This document shows, piece by piece, positions 8,712 through 17,920 of a stretch of 58,938 bases of DNA. Under the pieces are notes generated by a model. It did not search any database, was not told where the DNA came from, and saw nothing but the letters and a program-made list of their open reading frames with translations. The DNA is from Candidatus Falkowbacteria bacterium (lineage in GTDB: Bacteria > Patescibacteriota > Patescibacteriia > Patescibacteriales > GWE2-39-37): NCBI GenBank assembly GCA_037137775.1, contig JBAXJQ010000004.1:1-58938 (forward strand), written 5' to 3'. Within the stretch, counting starts at the first letter, position 1. The number at the start of each line of letters is the position of its first letter. Position numbers and translations under genes: made by a program.

Positions 8712-10130
8712 ATGGGCGGCACAATCGCAATCCAAGACCCCCGCCCGAATTTGATCGTCGCTCTTGAGTATGGCCAGAAAACCGGCCTGCTCAAGAGTGA
8801 TTTTTATCAATCGGCGGAAGATGACTTGGTTAGCATTGTTATCGAGCTGACCAAGATGTTTCATCAACCCGGCCTCGTGAATAGTTATTACGTGGCCTTA
8901 CACGAGGCAGTAGGTCTTATCAGTCTGGTGTTGGTCCACTATTGTGGCCAAGACCAGGCCAAGGCATTCGCCATGATAAGCGAGTACGGTTTGGTCGAGC
9001 TCTTCGCCAATGGCTGGGAGTTCATCGCCAAGCTGGAAAACACAAAACCAGAACAACAGAAATTGCTGGCCGCCCTCGCTTATGAGCCACATGTTCACTG
9101 GCAGGGGTGGTCGCAATACCAGCATCTGGCATTTCGAAAGCAAACACAGTCGCGTCAGGTAGCGTTCAGACGACAGCTGTGGACTAAGTGCTATAAGCGC
9201 AACTTGACCGAGCAGGGATATCGAACTTTGCTTTTGTCTTTGCGCTATCTCGGTGTTGCCTTGCCGCAACCTTTGGACGGTCAAACGTTGGTGGTAATCA
9301 TTGACGCCATTCAGCGTCAGGCAGTCCATCGAATTGAGGACATTGCCAAAAGGTTATTCGGCCTAGATGAAGAGGCTAGAAAACTGTTGTCTGTGGATAT
9401 GGCAGGGTTGTTATTTCCTGCCATTAATCCAATCGAGGTGGTAGCAAAAACCGATGTATCAGCTGCGATGATGGCATTAACCACTCAATTTGATTTTTAC
9501 ATCGATGCGAGTGCTATGGAACACGCCGTTAAGACGTTTCAGCTCGAAGAGCAATTGAAGTGTCTGGGTAAGTCAGAGCTATTTGAGCGCATCAGCGCTT
9601 TTGCTAGCCAACCTCAGCTTCAGACCAAAGCAGTCGAAATTCTGATTGCCAAACACTCGATGGTTTTGTCTGACTGGCTTGATTTGCTCGAGATATTTAC
9701 CAGATGGGAGGATTATTTTCCCTGGAACGAATATCTCAGAACCGATGTGGTTGCTTTACTTCAGCACAAAAATATCAGACAGAATGTGCTGAGGGAGAAA
9801 CTGTCCGTACTCGTTTCGGAGCAGGGTGTGCCAGATGAATGGTTGCCGATTTTTTGGCAGCTCCGTCAACTGTTGGATCGCTATCAAGAAAGAGCGTTGA
9901 TTGGTTGTTTAAACTTTAAACAGCTCAACGCACTTTTTTCCAGCGATACAGCTGGCGACCTTCAGTTGTTGGCGTTATCAGTTGCTGAATTATTTATCGA
10001 ACGGCAACCATCTGATTGGGCGGCACAATTAAAACCGCTCATTGCTCTTTTAGAAAACCAGGTTTCCTGCTACTTTGAATGGCCCGCGTTAAAACGGGCA
10101 ATGCAGTGCAAGAAAGCTGGCAAAAAATGA
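8712..10130 (+). CDS. atcC: AtcC-like helical protein with long C-terminal region
   Basis: GGAGG SD before ATG 8712. IQDPRPNLIVALEYGQKTG...GLISLVL resembles recalled AtcC N-termini (not database-checked). Confidence 0.55.
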   Translation: MGGTIAIQDPRPNLIVALEYGQKTGLLKSDFYQSAEDDLVSIVIELTKMFHQPGLVNSYYVALHEAVGLISLVLVHYCGQDQAKAFAMISEYGLVELFANGWEFIAKLENTKPEQQKLLAALAYEPHVHWQGWSQYQHLAFRKQTQSRQVAFRRQLWTKCYKRNLTEQGYRTLLLSLRYLGVALPQPLDGQTLVVIIDAIQRQAVHRIEDIAKRLFGLDEEARKLLSVDMAGLLFPAINPIEVVAKTDVSAAMMALTTQFDFYIDASAMEHAVKTFQLEEQLKCLGKSELFERISAFASQPQLQTKAVEILIAKHSMVLSDWLDLLEIFTRWEDYFPWNEYLRTDVVALLQHKNIRQNVLREKLSVLVSEQGVPDEWLPIFWQLRQLLDRYQERALIGCLNFKQLNALFSSDTAGDLQLLALSVAELFIERQPSDWAAQLKPLIALLENQVSCYFEWPALKRAMQCKKAGKK

Positions 10131-10131
10131 C

Positions 10132-10163
10132 ACGGCGAGGCTAAACACCTCGCCGTTTTTTTT
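10132..10163 (+). terminator. Intrinsic terminator closing the four-gene operon
   Basis: ACGGCGAGG-CTAAACA-CCTCGCCGT + T-run. Confidence 0.85.
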
Positions 10164-12282
10164 ATTGTAATTGGATTACTTCAATCTGGCCATCTGTTTG
10201 CCAGGTTGGGTTTGATATTTTTTGTGGTGAATCATACAGCCACATCGCTAACAGAGCATTACGGAATGCTGGTGTTTGACGGAGATCGGTAACCAGTTGT
10301 TGGCGCGCTTTATTTAAATCTGGATCAATTTTTTTTGCCAATAACCAATTGCGCACGCCAAGATCAAGACTAACCGCGCCAGCATAGACTTGGTCACCAT
10401 TGGTCGTGGTGATGTTCGTTTGCCAAAATTTTGCTTGCCAGCGGCTTTGGCGGCGGGTACCAGTGTGGCGAGTGAAGCCGAAGTCGTTAGTCTGGACACG
10501 CCAATAGGATGCGGTTAACGGAGCCTCAATATACGGTTTTTGAGTTACAAAATCAAAGGCGCTGGTAAAGAGTGTGCTGAGTGAGGGTTGATTAGTCACT
10601 TGCCAGCCAGCCGTTGTCATAACTTTTTTAAGGTTAGTATTTTTGGAAACAATCAGCATGACATTAAGTGGTTGTTCAATATCACCATTTGTTTTTTCAA
10701 TATAGCGAGGCAGTTGTCGTTCGGACCACTCGAGCAGCGGTTCGTTGCTTGTAATGACGGGCAGGGGATTAAAGCGGGCAAATGTAATTTTTCTTTGATG
10801 CAACCACCAATCAGCAGAAAAATCTGTTAGCGCGAAAATAATTAGGGTGCCAGCTATAAGATGTTTAAAAAATAAAGAGTATTTTTTCTTTTGAATCGGG
10901 TGATTTTTTAAATACCATTCATTTACGCTTATGCCTACAATTAACCAGACGGCACCAAGGACATAGCCTGTTAACACGTCACTTAAATAGTGAACACCCA
11001 AATATAAACGACTGAAGCCGATTAACACGACAAAGGCAATCCAAATAAAAAGCCAGTTGATTTTTTTACGCCACTCGGTTTGTTGGCGAAGAAAATAGTA
11101 GAGAAAAAAGCCATAAAAAGCAATAACCACCGTGGCATGACCACTGGGAAAGGAAAAAAGTGATTCTTGATAAGCACCAGAAAGTGGGCGTGGTCGAGCG
11201 GTAATCATTTTACCAAGATAGGTAAGCAGGGTACTGCCGCCAAGGCTTACCCACAGGCCGATTAAGTATGAACGGTTGCGCGTTACCAGCCAGAAGGCTG
11301 ACAATAGCAAGGCAAAAACAATAACAACCTCGGGCTTGGCGAGACTAGAAATAAAGAAAAATAGTTTTAACAGAGCAGGGTGGCGTAAGCCATTTAGCCA
11401 GAGATTAAATGAGTTGTCGATTTGCACAATCCATTCTTGATTTAAGACACCTTCAACCAAGCCAGTGAGCAGAGAGATTAAATAGATGAGCGTTAGGGTT
11501 ATTAGCGTCGTAGGTAAGCCGGAAAATTTTTGGCGGGTCAGACGTTGGTAGAGCCAAGCAATAAAGTGGGGATGAGCTTTGACAAAACGTGTCACTTTAG
11601 GCAGATGGGCAATTTTTTCGGTTCTATTTTTGAGTACCGCATTAAGCGCTTGCCAGAATTCCAAACCGCGTCGCAAAATTAACCATTTAATCAGATAGAG
11701 CAAGCCAAAAAAGATAACAAAGAAGATGATGGCTTTTTCAAAACGATTAGCCCAGAATTCAACCGAGTTTAAGGCTTGACCAAAAAAATAGCCAAGGCTT
11801 AGATGAATGGCGGTCCAGCTGACAACACTGATAATATCAAGGGTTAAAAATCGGAGCACTGGCATATTAACCAAGCCGGCAATAAAAGCGGTGAAGGGAC
11901 GAACAAAACCAATATAGCGACCAAAAATTACGCTCTTGTTGCCATGACGCTCAAAAAAGGCTTGGCCTTTTTCCAAGTGAGCAGCGCGGAAAAACGTGTT
12001 TTCTGGCTTAAACCAGCCAACACCACGTTTGCCCAGGTAATAACTGACTAAATCGCCACAAACAAAACCAAGCGAGCTAACAAACAGTACATCACCGATA
12101 TCAAGCGCTCCTTGGGCGGCCAGTGCACCGAATAAAAGCGCCAAAATCGCACCAGGCACAATTAGGCCAACGAGCACAAGTGACTCACCAAAGAAAATGG
12201 CAAAAATCAGCCAATAGCTCCACGCACCAAGGTTTTGGATATTGGGAACAAGTTGGGATAAAAATGAATTTAGCATATTCAT
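10162..12282 (-). CDS. DedA + PAP2 phosphatase + LssY-like C-terminal fusion
   Basis: ESLVLVGLIVPG/GRYIGFVR (DedA), KMITARPRP/SFPSGHA/SRLYLGVHYLSDV (PAP2), C-terminal QPLNV...IDPDLNKARQ...TDG. Confidence 0.88.
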   Translation of the reverse strand: MNMLNSFLSQLVPNIQNLGAWSYWLIFAIFFGESLVLVGLIVPGAILALLFGALAAQGALDIGDVLFVSSLGFVCGDLVSYYLGKRGVGWFKPENTFFRAAHLEKGQAFFERHGNKSVIFGRYIGFVRPFTAFIAGLVNMPVLRFLTLDIISVVSWTAIHLSLGYFFGQALNSVEFWANRFEKAIIFFVIFFGLLYLIKWLILRRGLEFWQALNAVLKNRTEKIAHLPKVTRFVKAHPHFIAWLYQRLTRQKFSGLPTTLITLTLIYLISLLTGLVEGVLNQEWIVQIDNSFNLWLNGLRHPALLKLFFFISSLAKPEVVIVFALLLSAFWLVTRNRSYLIGLWVSLGGSTLLTYLGKMITARPRPLSGAYQESLFSFPSGHATVVIAFYGFFLYYFLRQQTEWRKKINWLFIWIAFVVLIGFSRLYLGVHYLSDVLTGYVLGAVWLIVGISVNEWYLKNHPIQKKKYSLFFKHLIAGTLIIFALTDFSADWWLHQRKITFARFNPLPVITSNEPLLEWSERQLPRYIEKTNGDIEQPLNVMLIVSKNTNLKKVMTTAGWQVTNQPSLSTLFTSAFDFVTQKPYIEAPLTASYWRVQTNDFGFTRHTGTRRQSRWQAKFWQTNITTTNGDQVYAGAVSLDLGVRNWLLAKKIDPDLNKARQQLVTDLRQTPAFRNALLAMWLYDSPQKISNPTWQTDGQIEVIQLQ

Positions 12283-12393
12283 TATTATAGCGGTAAATCA
12301 AAAAAAGCCAAAGCAGCAAATTAATATGTAAATATTTAATCTCGAGGTTTTTAGCATTACCTATATATAGCTCTAATAAATTTTTAAAAAATT

Positions 12394-12423
12394 AAAAACC
12401 TGACAGTGGATTGTCAGGTTTTT
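12394..12423 (-). terminator. Intrinsic (bidirectional-type) terminator
   Basis: AAAAACCTGACA-GTGGAT-TGTCAGGTTTTT. Confidence 0.75.
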
Positions 12424-12441
12424 ATATTGAAATGTAAAAAA

Positions 12442-12894
12442 TTATTCTCGTATTTTTTTCGCTAGTGCGGCTAATTTTTCATCATCAGCTCGTTCAAAGT
12501 CATGGGAGGAGATGTAGCCATCATATTTTTCAAAGTAGACTCGATTATTTGATTTGATCGGCTTCCATTCCGGAATATTCGTGCCGTGCATCGGAAACAA
12601 TTTAGCGTGAAGGTGATCAACTCCGAAGCCTTCGAAGATAAAACCACAACGTCCGACATCGTTTAATTTAGCATCTAGTAATTTGCCGACTTTCTTTGAT
12701 GCCAGCGTTAGTTCGCACAAGACTTCATCTGAAGCATTAAAGGCGTAGCTGGGGTAATGTTTTTTAGGTATAACAACGGAAAAGCCTTCAGTGTTCGGAA
12801 AAATGGATAAAAAGGCGATGTGATTGTTATCCTCCCAGATTTTATGACAAGGCGCTTCCCCCTTAACGATTTTACAAAAAATGCAGTCTTCCAT
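12442..12894 (-). CDS. HIT family nucleotide hydrolase
   Basis: DCIFCKIV, IPKKH, GVDHLHAKLFP (variant HIT motif). Confidence 0.9.
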   Translation of the reverse strand: MEDCIFCKIVKGEAPCHKIWEDNNHIAFLSIFPNTEGFSVVIPKKHYPSYAFNASDEVLCELTLASKKVGKLLDAKLNDVGRCGFIFEGFGVDHLHAKLFPMHGTNIPEWKPIKSNNRVYFEKYDGYISSHDFERADDEKLAALAKKIRE

Positions 12895-13011
12895 ATAGTT
12901 AATTAATTTTAATAATTAATATTATATTATATAAAACGTAATAAATAAACTAGATTTTAATATTACCCGAAAAAATACAAATTGCAAAGAAACTAAATTT
13001 TTGTAGAATTA

Positions 13012-13037
13012 AAAAAAGCCCTTGACGGGGCTTTTTT
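13012..13037 (-). terminator. Terminator after rpmB
   Basis: AAAAAAGCCC-TTGACG-GGGCTTTTTT. Confidence 0.75.
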
Positions 13038-13047
13038 AGAGAAGTAG

Positions 13048-13227
13048 TTATGCTTTGGAGATTTTGGCTAGAGTTCTAATACAGCTGGTACAGATTTTTA
13101 TCTTGCCACCGGACACTTTTTTGCTTTGCAAATTAATGTGCTGGCGCTTGGTTGTTTTGATATTGGAGTGTGATCGTGAAGCGTCTTTGGTTGCGCCCCG
13201 GTTGCATGCGTCGCATCTTAATGCCAT
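13048..13227 (-). CDS. rpmB: 50S ribosomal protein bL28 (missed by ORF track)
   Basis: Manual translation: MALRCDACNRGATKDASRSHSNIKTTKRQHINLQSKKVSGGKIKICTSCIRTLAKISKA (SHS..NLQ..CTSCIRT). Confidence 0.93.
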   Translation of the reverse strand: MALRCDACNRGATKDASRSHSNIKTTKRQHINLQSKKVSGGKIKICTSCIRTLAKISKA

Positions 13228-13356
13228 ATTGGTCTAAAATTAAATAATCAGTTGATTGCAATCAGGCGCAGAGCCAGGCAATATGGGAGCATCATAGCAC
13301 AAACGTTTGCTTTTGGCAAGATTGATGATATGATAAACAAATAAACAAAAATCAAT

Positions 13357-14055
13357 ATGATAGTTATCACCATCTTATTCGTTTTAGCCTTGCTGGGCTC
13401 AGCTATTTTTCATGAATATGCTCATGGCTTGATGGCTAAATATTTGGGCGATCATACGGCCGAGGATGCTGGCCGCTTAACCCTTAACCCCATACCACAT
13501 CTTGATCCGATTGGCTCGGTGTTACTCCCCTTGATCATGGTTTTGTCTAATACTGGCTTTTTTTTCGCTTGGGCCAAGCCTGTGCCGTATAATCCGTATA
13601 ATTTACGGGATCAAAAATTTGGTGATTTAAAAGTTGCGTTAGCTGGTCCAGGCTCTAATTTGATATTAGCCATTTTTTTTGGCATGATGACTCGGCTTAT
13701 TCCACTTTCAACCGGGGAAAAGATGGACATGGCGATGAACTTTTTCTCCAACAATTATGACGCCTTGTCTAGTCAATTGGCTGGTTCTTTTTCAGCTAGC
13801 CTTTTAGCCTTGTCTCTAGTGTTTTGTTTTGTTAATTTAAGCTTGATGGTTTTTAATCTGGTGCCAATTCCACCTCTCGATGGTTCTAAGATTTTGCTAA
13901 CTTTTCTATCAGCACGAGGACGAATGCTCTATCATCAATACAGTATGTATGGGTTTATTGTTTTATTTGGCTTGATCTTTTTAGGTGCTTTTAATTTGCT
14001 TGTTTACCCAATTTTATATCTTTTTTCTCTGCTTTCAGGCCTATCATTTTTTTAG
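13357..14055 (+). CDS. Site-2 protease (peptidase M50)
   Basis: HEYAH, GRLTLNP, AGPGSN, FNLVPIPPLDG. Confidence 0.92.
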   Translation: MIVITILFVLALLGSAIFHEYAHGLMAKYLGDHTAEDAGRLTLNPIPHLDPIGSVLLPLIMVLSNTGFFFAWAKPVPYNPYNLRDQKFGDLKVALAGPGSNLILAIFFGMMTRLIPLSTGEKMDMAMNFFSNNYDALSSQLAGSFSASLLALSLVFCFVNLSLMVFNLVPIPPLDGSKILLTFLSARGRMLYHQYSMYGFIVLFGLIFLGAFNLLVYPILYLFSLLSGLSFF

Positions 14056-14067
14056 AAAATAGCAGTG

Positions 14068-14096
14068 TTGACATTTTATAGCCAAATTGCTACAGT
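14068..14096 (+). promoter_or_regulatory. Sigma70-type promoter of the str operon
   Basis: TTGACA-17 nt-TACAGT with extended -10 TG. Confidence 0.7.
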
Positions 14097-14246
14097 ATGA
14101 TAGCCTTTTAGAAATAACCGGCAAGCTCCTTTCGGGGCTTTATTTTAGTATTATTTAAGTAATTACCGTAATCCATCTTGATTGTCTGATTCTTTGTATC
14201 AGTTACACGTGGCGTGGCTGATCGGATAGGGCAGGGATGACCAAGT

Positions 14247-14678
14247 ATGCCGACAATTAACCAATTGGTCCGCAAAGGCCGAACTTTGCAAAAAACGAAG
14301 AGCAAAAGTCCGGCTATGCAATCGACCTTAGATACCTTGCATCGCAAGCGAACTACCTTGCCACGCGGCGCCGCCTTTAAGCGCGGTGTTTGTTTGAAAG
14401 TTACTACTACAACGCCAAAGAAACCAAACTCGGCGTTACGAAAAATCGCCCGTGTCCGTTTGTCGAACGGCATGGAAGTTACCGCTTATATTCCTGGTGT
14501 TGGCCACAATTTACAAGAACATTCCGTGGTGCTCATTAAGGGTGGCAAAACCAAAGATTTACCAGGTGTTCGCTATAAGATTGTGCGTGGTGTTTACGAC
14601 ACCCAGGGCGTTGCCAATCGCAAACAGTCCCGTTCACTCTATGGCGCTAAACGACCTAAGGCAGCCGCCGCTAAGTAA
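14247..14678 (+). CDS. rpsL: 30S ribosomal protein uS12
   Basis: [28 protein letters not shown]. Confidence 0.99.
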   Translation: MPTINQLVRKGRTLQKTKSKSPAMQSTLDTLHRKRTTLPRGAAFKRGVCLKVTTTTPKKPNSALRKIARVRLSNGMEVTAYIPGVGHNLQEHSVVLIKGGKTKDLPGVRYKIVRGVYDTQGVANRKQSRSLYGAKRPKAAAAK

Positions 14679-14696
14679 TTTTATAGAACTATATAT

Positions 14697-15164
14697 ATGA
14701 GAGGAAAACCAGCACCCAAACGTAAAATTGAAGGCGATGTCCGGTATAACGATATCGACGTTGCTAAATTCATTAACTATATCATGCGCGATGGCAAGAA
14801 GAATACTGCCCAACGCGTTGTCTACTCTTGTTTTGATATTATCAAAGATAAGACCAAGCAGGATCCCCGTCATGTCTTTAACAAGGCATTAAAAAACGTA
14901 GCTCCAATCGTTGAAGTTCGCGGTAAGCGCGTTGGCGGTTCCAACTATCAAGTGCCATTTCAAGTTCGCGGTGAACGTCGTTTTGTTTTGGCATTTCGTT
15001 GGATTATCGCTGCCGCTGAAGGCCGTTCCGGTCGTCCGATGGGCGAGAAGTTAGCTGAAGAAATCATGGCCGCCTTCCGTAACGAAGGTACTGCCATCAA
15101 GAAGCGTGACGATGTCCACCGTATGGCTGAGTCCAACAAGGCATTTGCTCATTTCTCACGCTAG
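14697..15164 (+). CDS. rpsG: 30S ribosomal protein uS7
   Basis: KFINYIMRDGKK, RVGGSNYQVP, HRMAESNKAFAH. Confidence 0.99.
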   Translation: MRGKPAPKRKIEGDVRYNDIDVAKFINYIMRDGKKNTAQRVVYSCFDIIKDKTKQDPRHVFNKALKNVAPIVEVRGKRVGGSNYQVPFQVRGERRFVLAFRWIIAAAEGRSGRPMGEKLAEEIMAAFRNEGTAIKKRDDVHRMAESNKAFAHFSR

Positions 15165-15260
15165 TCAGAAGTTGAATCATTATTATTTAACAATATATAG
15201 TTTTCGGTTTTTGCTATGAATTTTTTAAAAACTGAAAATTAAACATTGATCATTATTTAT

Positions 15261-17339
15261 ATGCCCCGAGAATTTTCACTCGATAAAACCCGCAACATCG
15301 GCATTATTGCCCATATCGACGCCGGTAAAACAACCGTGACCGAACGTATTTTGTTTTACACTGGTAAAAAGCACAAGATCGGCGAAGTGCACGAAGGTGC
15401 GGCTGAAATGGATTGGATGGAACAGGAACGCGAACGTGGTATTACGATTACCTCTGCTGCGACTACTTGTTTCTGGAACAACACTCGCATTAACATTATT
15501 GATACCCCTGGTCACGTAGACTTTACTGCTGAAGTAGAGCGCTCTTTGCGCGTACTCGACGGTGGCGTTATGGTTTTCGATGGTGTAGCTGGCGTAGAAC
15601 CACAATCCGAGACAGTTTGGTATCAGGCAGAAAAATACAAAGTACCGCGCATTGCCTTCATTAACAAAATGGATCGCACTGGCGCGGATTTTTATAAGGA
15701 TCTTGATTCAATTCACACTCGCCTAACCAAGAATGCATATCCGATTCAGTTGCCAATTGGTGCTGAGGATAAGTTCTTGGGCCTCATTGACCTATTTGAA
15801 CGTGAAGCTCATTTTTATCTTGATGACCTTGGTACTAAGCATGAAATTCGTGAAGTGCCAGAAGACATGAAAGATAAAGTAGAAGAATTTCGCGCACGTC
15901 TCGTTGAAGCAATCGTTGAAGACAATGAAGTCTTAATGGAAAAATATTTGGCCGGCGAAGAAATTCCCGTAGCTGATTTAAAACAACAGTTGCACAAGGC
16001 CGTCATTGCCAATAAGATTTTGCCAGTGTTGTGTGGCAGTGCGTTGAAAAACAAAGGCGTTCAGTTTTTACTCGACTCTGTAGTTGAATATTTACCATCA
16101 CCGTTAGAAATCCCACCATTAATTGGTCATGATCCAGAAGATGAAACTAAAAATATAGAAGTTAAGGCTAGTGATGATGAAAAATTTAGTGCCTTAGCGT
16201 TTAAAATTGCGACCGACCCATTTGTGGGCAAGCTGTGTTTTATCCGTGTCTACAGCGGTGTATTAAATGCTGGCACCTATGTCTTAAATGTGGCAACTGG
16301 TGAGAAAGAACGCATCGGCCGTATTGTCCGTATGCATGCTAATCACCGTGAAGAAGTGAAAGAAGTCTATGCGGGTGAAATTGCTGCTGTTATCGGCCTA
16401 AAGGCAACCACCACTGGCAATACCTTGTGCGATCCAGATCGCCCCGTTTTACTTGAGTCCATTACTTTTCCAGAACCAGTTATTCAAATTGCGGTGGAAC
16501 CAAAGACCAAAGTTGATCAAGAAAAAATGGGCATGGCCTTATCCAAGTTGGCTGAAGAAGATCCAACCTTCCGTGTGGCGAGTAACGAAGAAACCAATCA
16601 GACTTTGATTTCTGGTATGGGCGAATTGCATTTGGATATTATTATCGATCGTATGCGCCGCGAGTTTAATGTGGAGGCCAATGTTGGTCAGCCACAGGTA
16701 GCGTATCGTGAAACCATTAAAACCGCAGCTCAGGCTGAGGGTAAATATATCAAACAGTCCGGTGGTCGTGGACAATATGGCCATTGCTGGTTGAAGATTG
16801 AACCGAATGAAAAGGGTAAAGGTTTTGAATTTAGTGACGACACAAAAGGTGGCTCGATTCCTCGAGAATATATCCCAGCTATCGGCAAGGGTGTGAAAGA
16901 AGCCTTGAGTCGTGGTGTGTTAGCCGGTTATCCCATGGTAGATATTAAAGCCTCGGTGTACGATGGTTCATATCACGAAGTTGACTCCAACGAATCTGCC
17001 TTTAAAATTGCTGGTTCAATGGCCTTTCAGGAAGCTGCTCGCAAGGCGAAGCCAATTATTCTTGAGCCAGTGATGAAAGTTGATGTGGTTACTCCGGAGC
17101 AGTTTATGGGCGATGTGATTGGTGATTTAAACTCCAAGCGTGGCCAAATTGAAGAAATGACCGACCAAGGCCAGGCTAAGTTAGTCAAAGCCAAAGTACC
17201 ATTAGCAAATATGTTTGGATATTCCACCAGCTTGCGTTCGATGACCCAGGGTAGGGCAAGTTATTCTATGGAATTTGCCTATTATTCCGAGGTGCCAAAC
17301 AATGTCGCTGAGGAAATAATTGGTAAGAATAAGAAATAA
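15261..17339 (+). CDS. fusA: Elongation factor G
   Basis: [33 protein letters not shown] at 15261. Confidence 0.99.
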   Translation: MPREFSLDKTRNIGIIAHIDAGKTTVTERILFYTGKKHKIGEVHEGAAEMDWMEQERERGITITSAATTCFWNNTRINIIDTPGHVDFTAEVERSLRVLDGGVMVFDGVAGVEPQSETVWYQAEKYKVPRIAFINKMDRTGADFYKDLDSIHTRLTKNAYPIQLPIGAEDKFLGLIDLFEREAHFYLDDLGTKHEIREVPEDMKDKVEEFRARLVEAIVEDNEVLMEKYLAGEEIPVADLKQQLHKAVIANKILPVLCGSALKNKGVQFLLDSVVEYLPSPLEIPPLIGHDPEDETKNIEVKASDDEKFSALAFKIATDPFVGKLCFIRVYSGVLNAGTYVLNVATGEKERIGRIVRMHANHREEVKEVYAGEIAAVIGLKATTTGNTLCDPDRPVLLESITFPEPVIQIAVEPKTKVDQEKMGMALSKLAEEDPTFRVASNEETNQTLISGMGELHLDIIIDRMRREFNVEANVGQPQVAYRETIKTAAQAEGKYIKQSGGRGQYGHCWLKIEPNEKGKGFEFSDDTKGGSIPREYIPAIGKGVKEALSRGVLAGYPMVDIKASVYDGSYHEVDSNESAFKIAGSMAFQEAARKAKPIILEPVMKVDVVTPEQFMGDVIGDLNSKRGQIEEMTDQGQAKLVKAKVPLANMFGYSTSLRSMTQGRASYSMEFAYYSEVPNNVAEEIIGKNKK

Positions 17340-17399
17340 GTTTGACGATTGTAGCCCCATAAGAGTACAATTATTAAACAGAAATATTAAGAAAATGTT

Positions 17400-17816
17400 A
17401 TGCGAGATCCTTTGCGCCAAGCGCTGGAATTAGCCAAAAAAACTGGAGACCGATTAATTGTTTTTGATCGACCTGATTCCGACACCCCTTTTGTGATTAT
17501 GGGTTTGGCCGATTATGAAAAAATTGCATTGGTTGGCAGTTCAGTGCGTGGCTTGACAGAAGAGGAGCTAGTTGATAAAATAAATCGCGATATCGCCCTG
17601 TGGAAAAGTGATCAGGATCAGGTTGCAAGCGATATAAATCCACAAGATTTTCTTTCAGCCATGGGCCCAGATTCAGATTCACCAACCATGCCAACGGAAG
17701 AATCCACAAGCGCAGAAGTAGTACGACCACACTGGTCAATTAAACAAGATATTAAACAAGCCGCCGATGAAGTTATTGAAGAGGATCGGCAGTATCTTGA
17801 AACAGTGCAGTATTAA
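17400..17816 (+). CDS. Hypothetical protein inserted between fusA and tuf
   Basis: 138-aa ORF with Phd/YefM-like N-terminal pattern and acidic tail. Possible promoter TTGACG-18-TACAAT at 17342-17371. Confidence 0.7.
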   Translation: MRDPLRQALELAKKTGDRLIVFDRPDSDTPFVIMGLADYEKIALVGSSVRGLTEEELVDKINRDIALWKSDQDQVASDINPQDFLSAMGPDSDSPTMPTEESTSAEVVRPHWSIKQDIKQAADEVIEEDRQYLETVQY

Positions 17817-17920
17817 ATAAAGTAATTTTTAATTAACAATAGCGGCTGGTTGCCTACGTTAATACCAGGCTAATAACTATCACTCCCAGAGGGTGGTGGG
17901 CCGTACAAGCTAAAAACAAT

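Noticed and set aside
7269..9329. Overlapping alternate-frame ORFs in the atc-like operon
   Set aside because: Expected in more GC-rich DNA. The four SD-led, coupled ORFs already explain the region.
13055..13237. 60-aa + strand ORF in the track
   Set aside because: Antisense shadow of the real rpmB gene on the minus strand.
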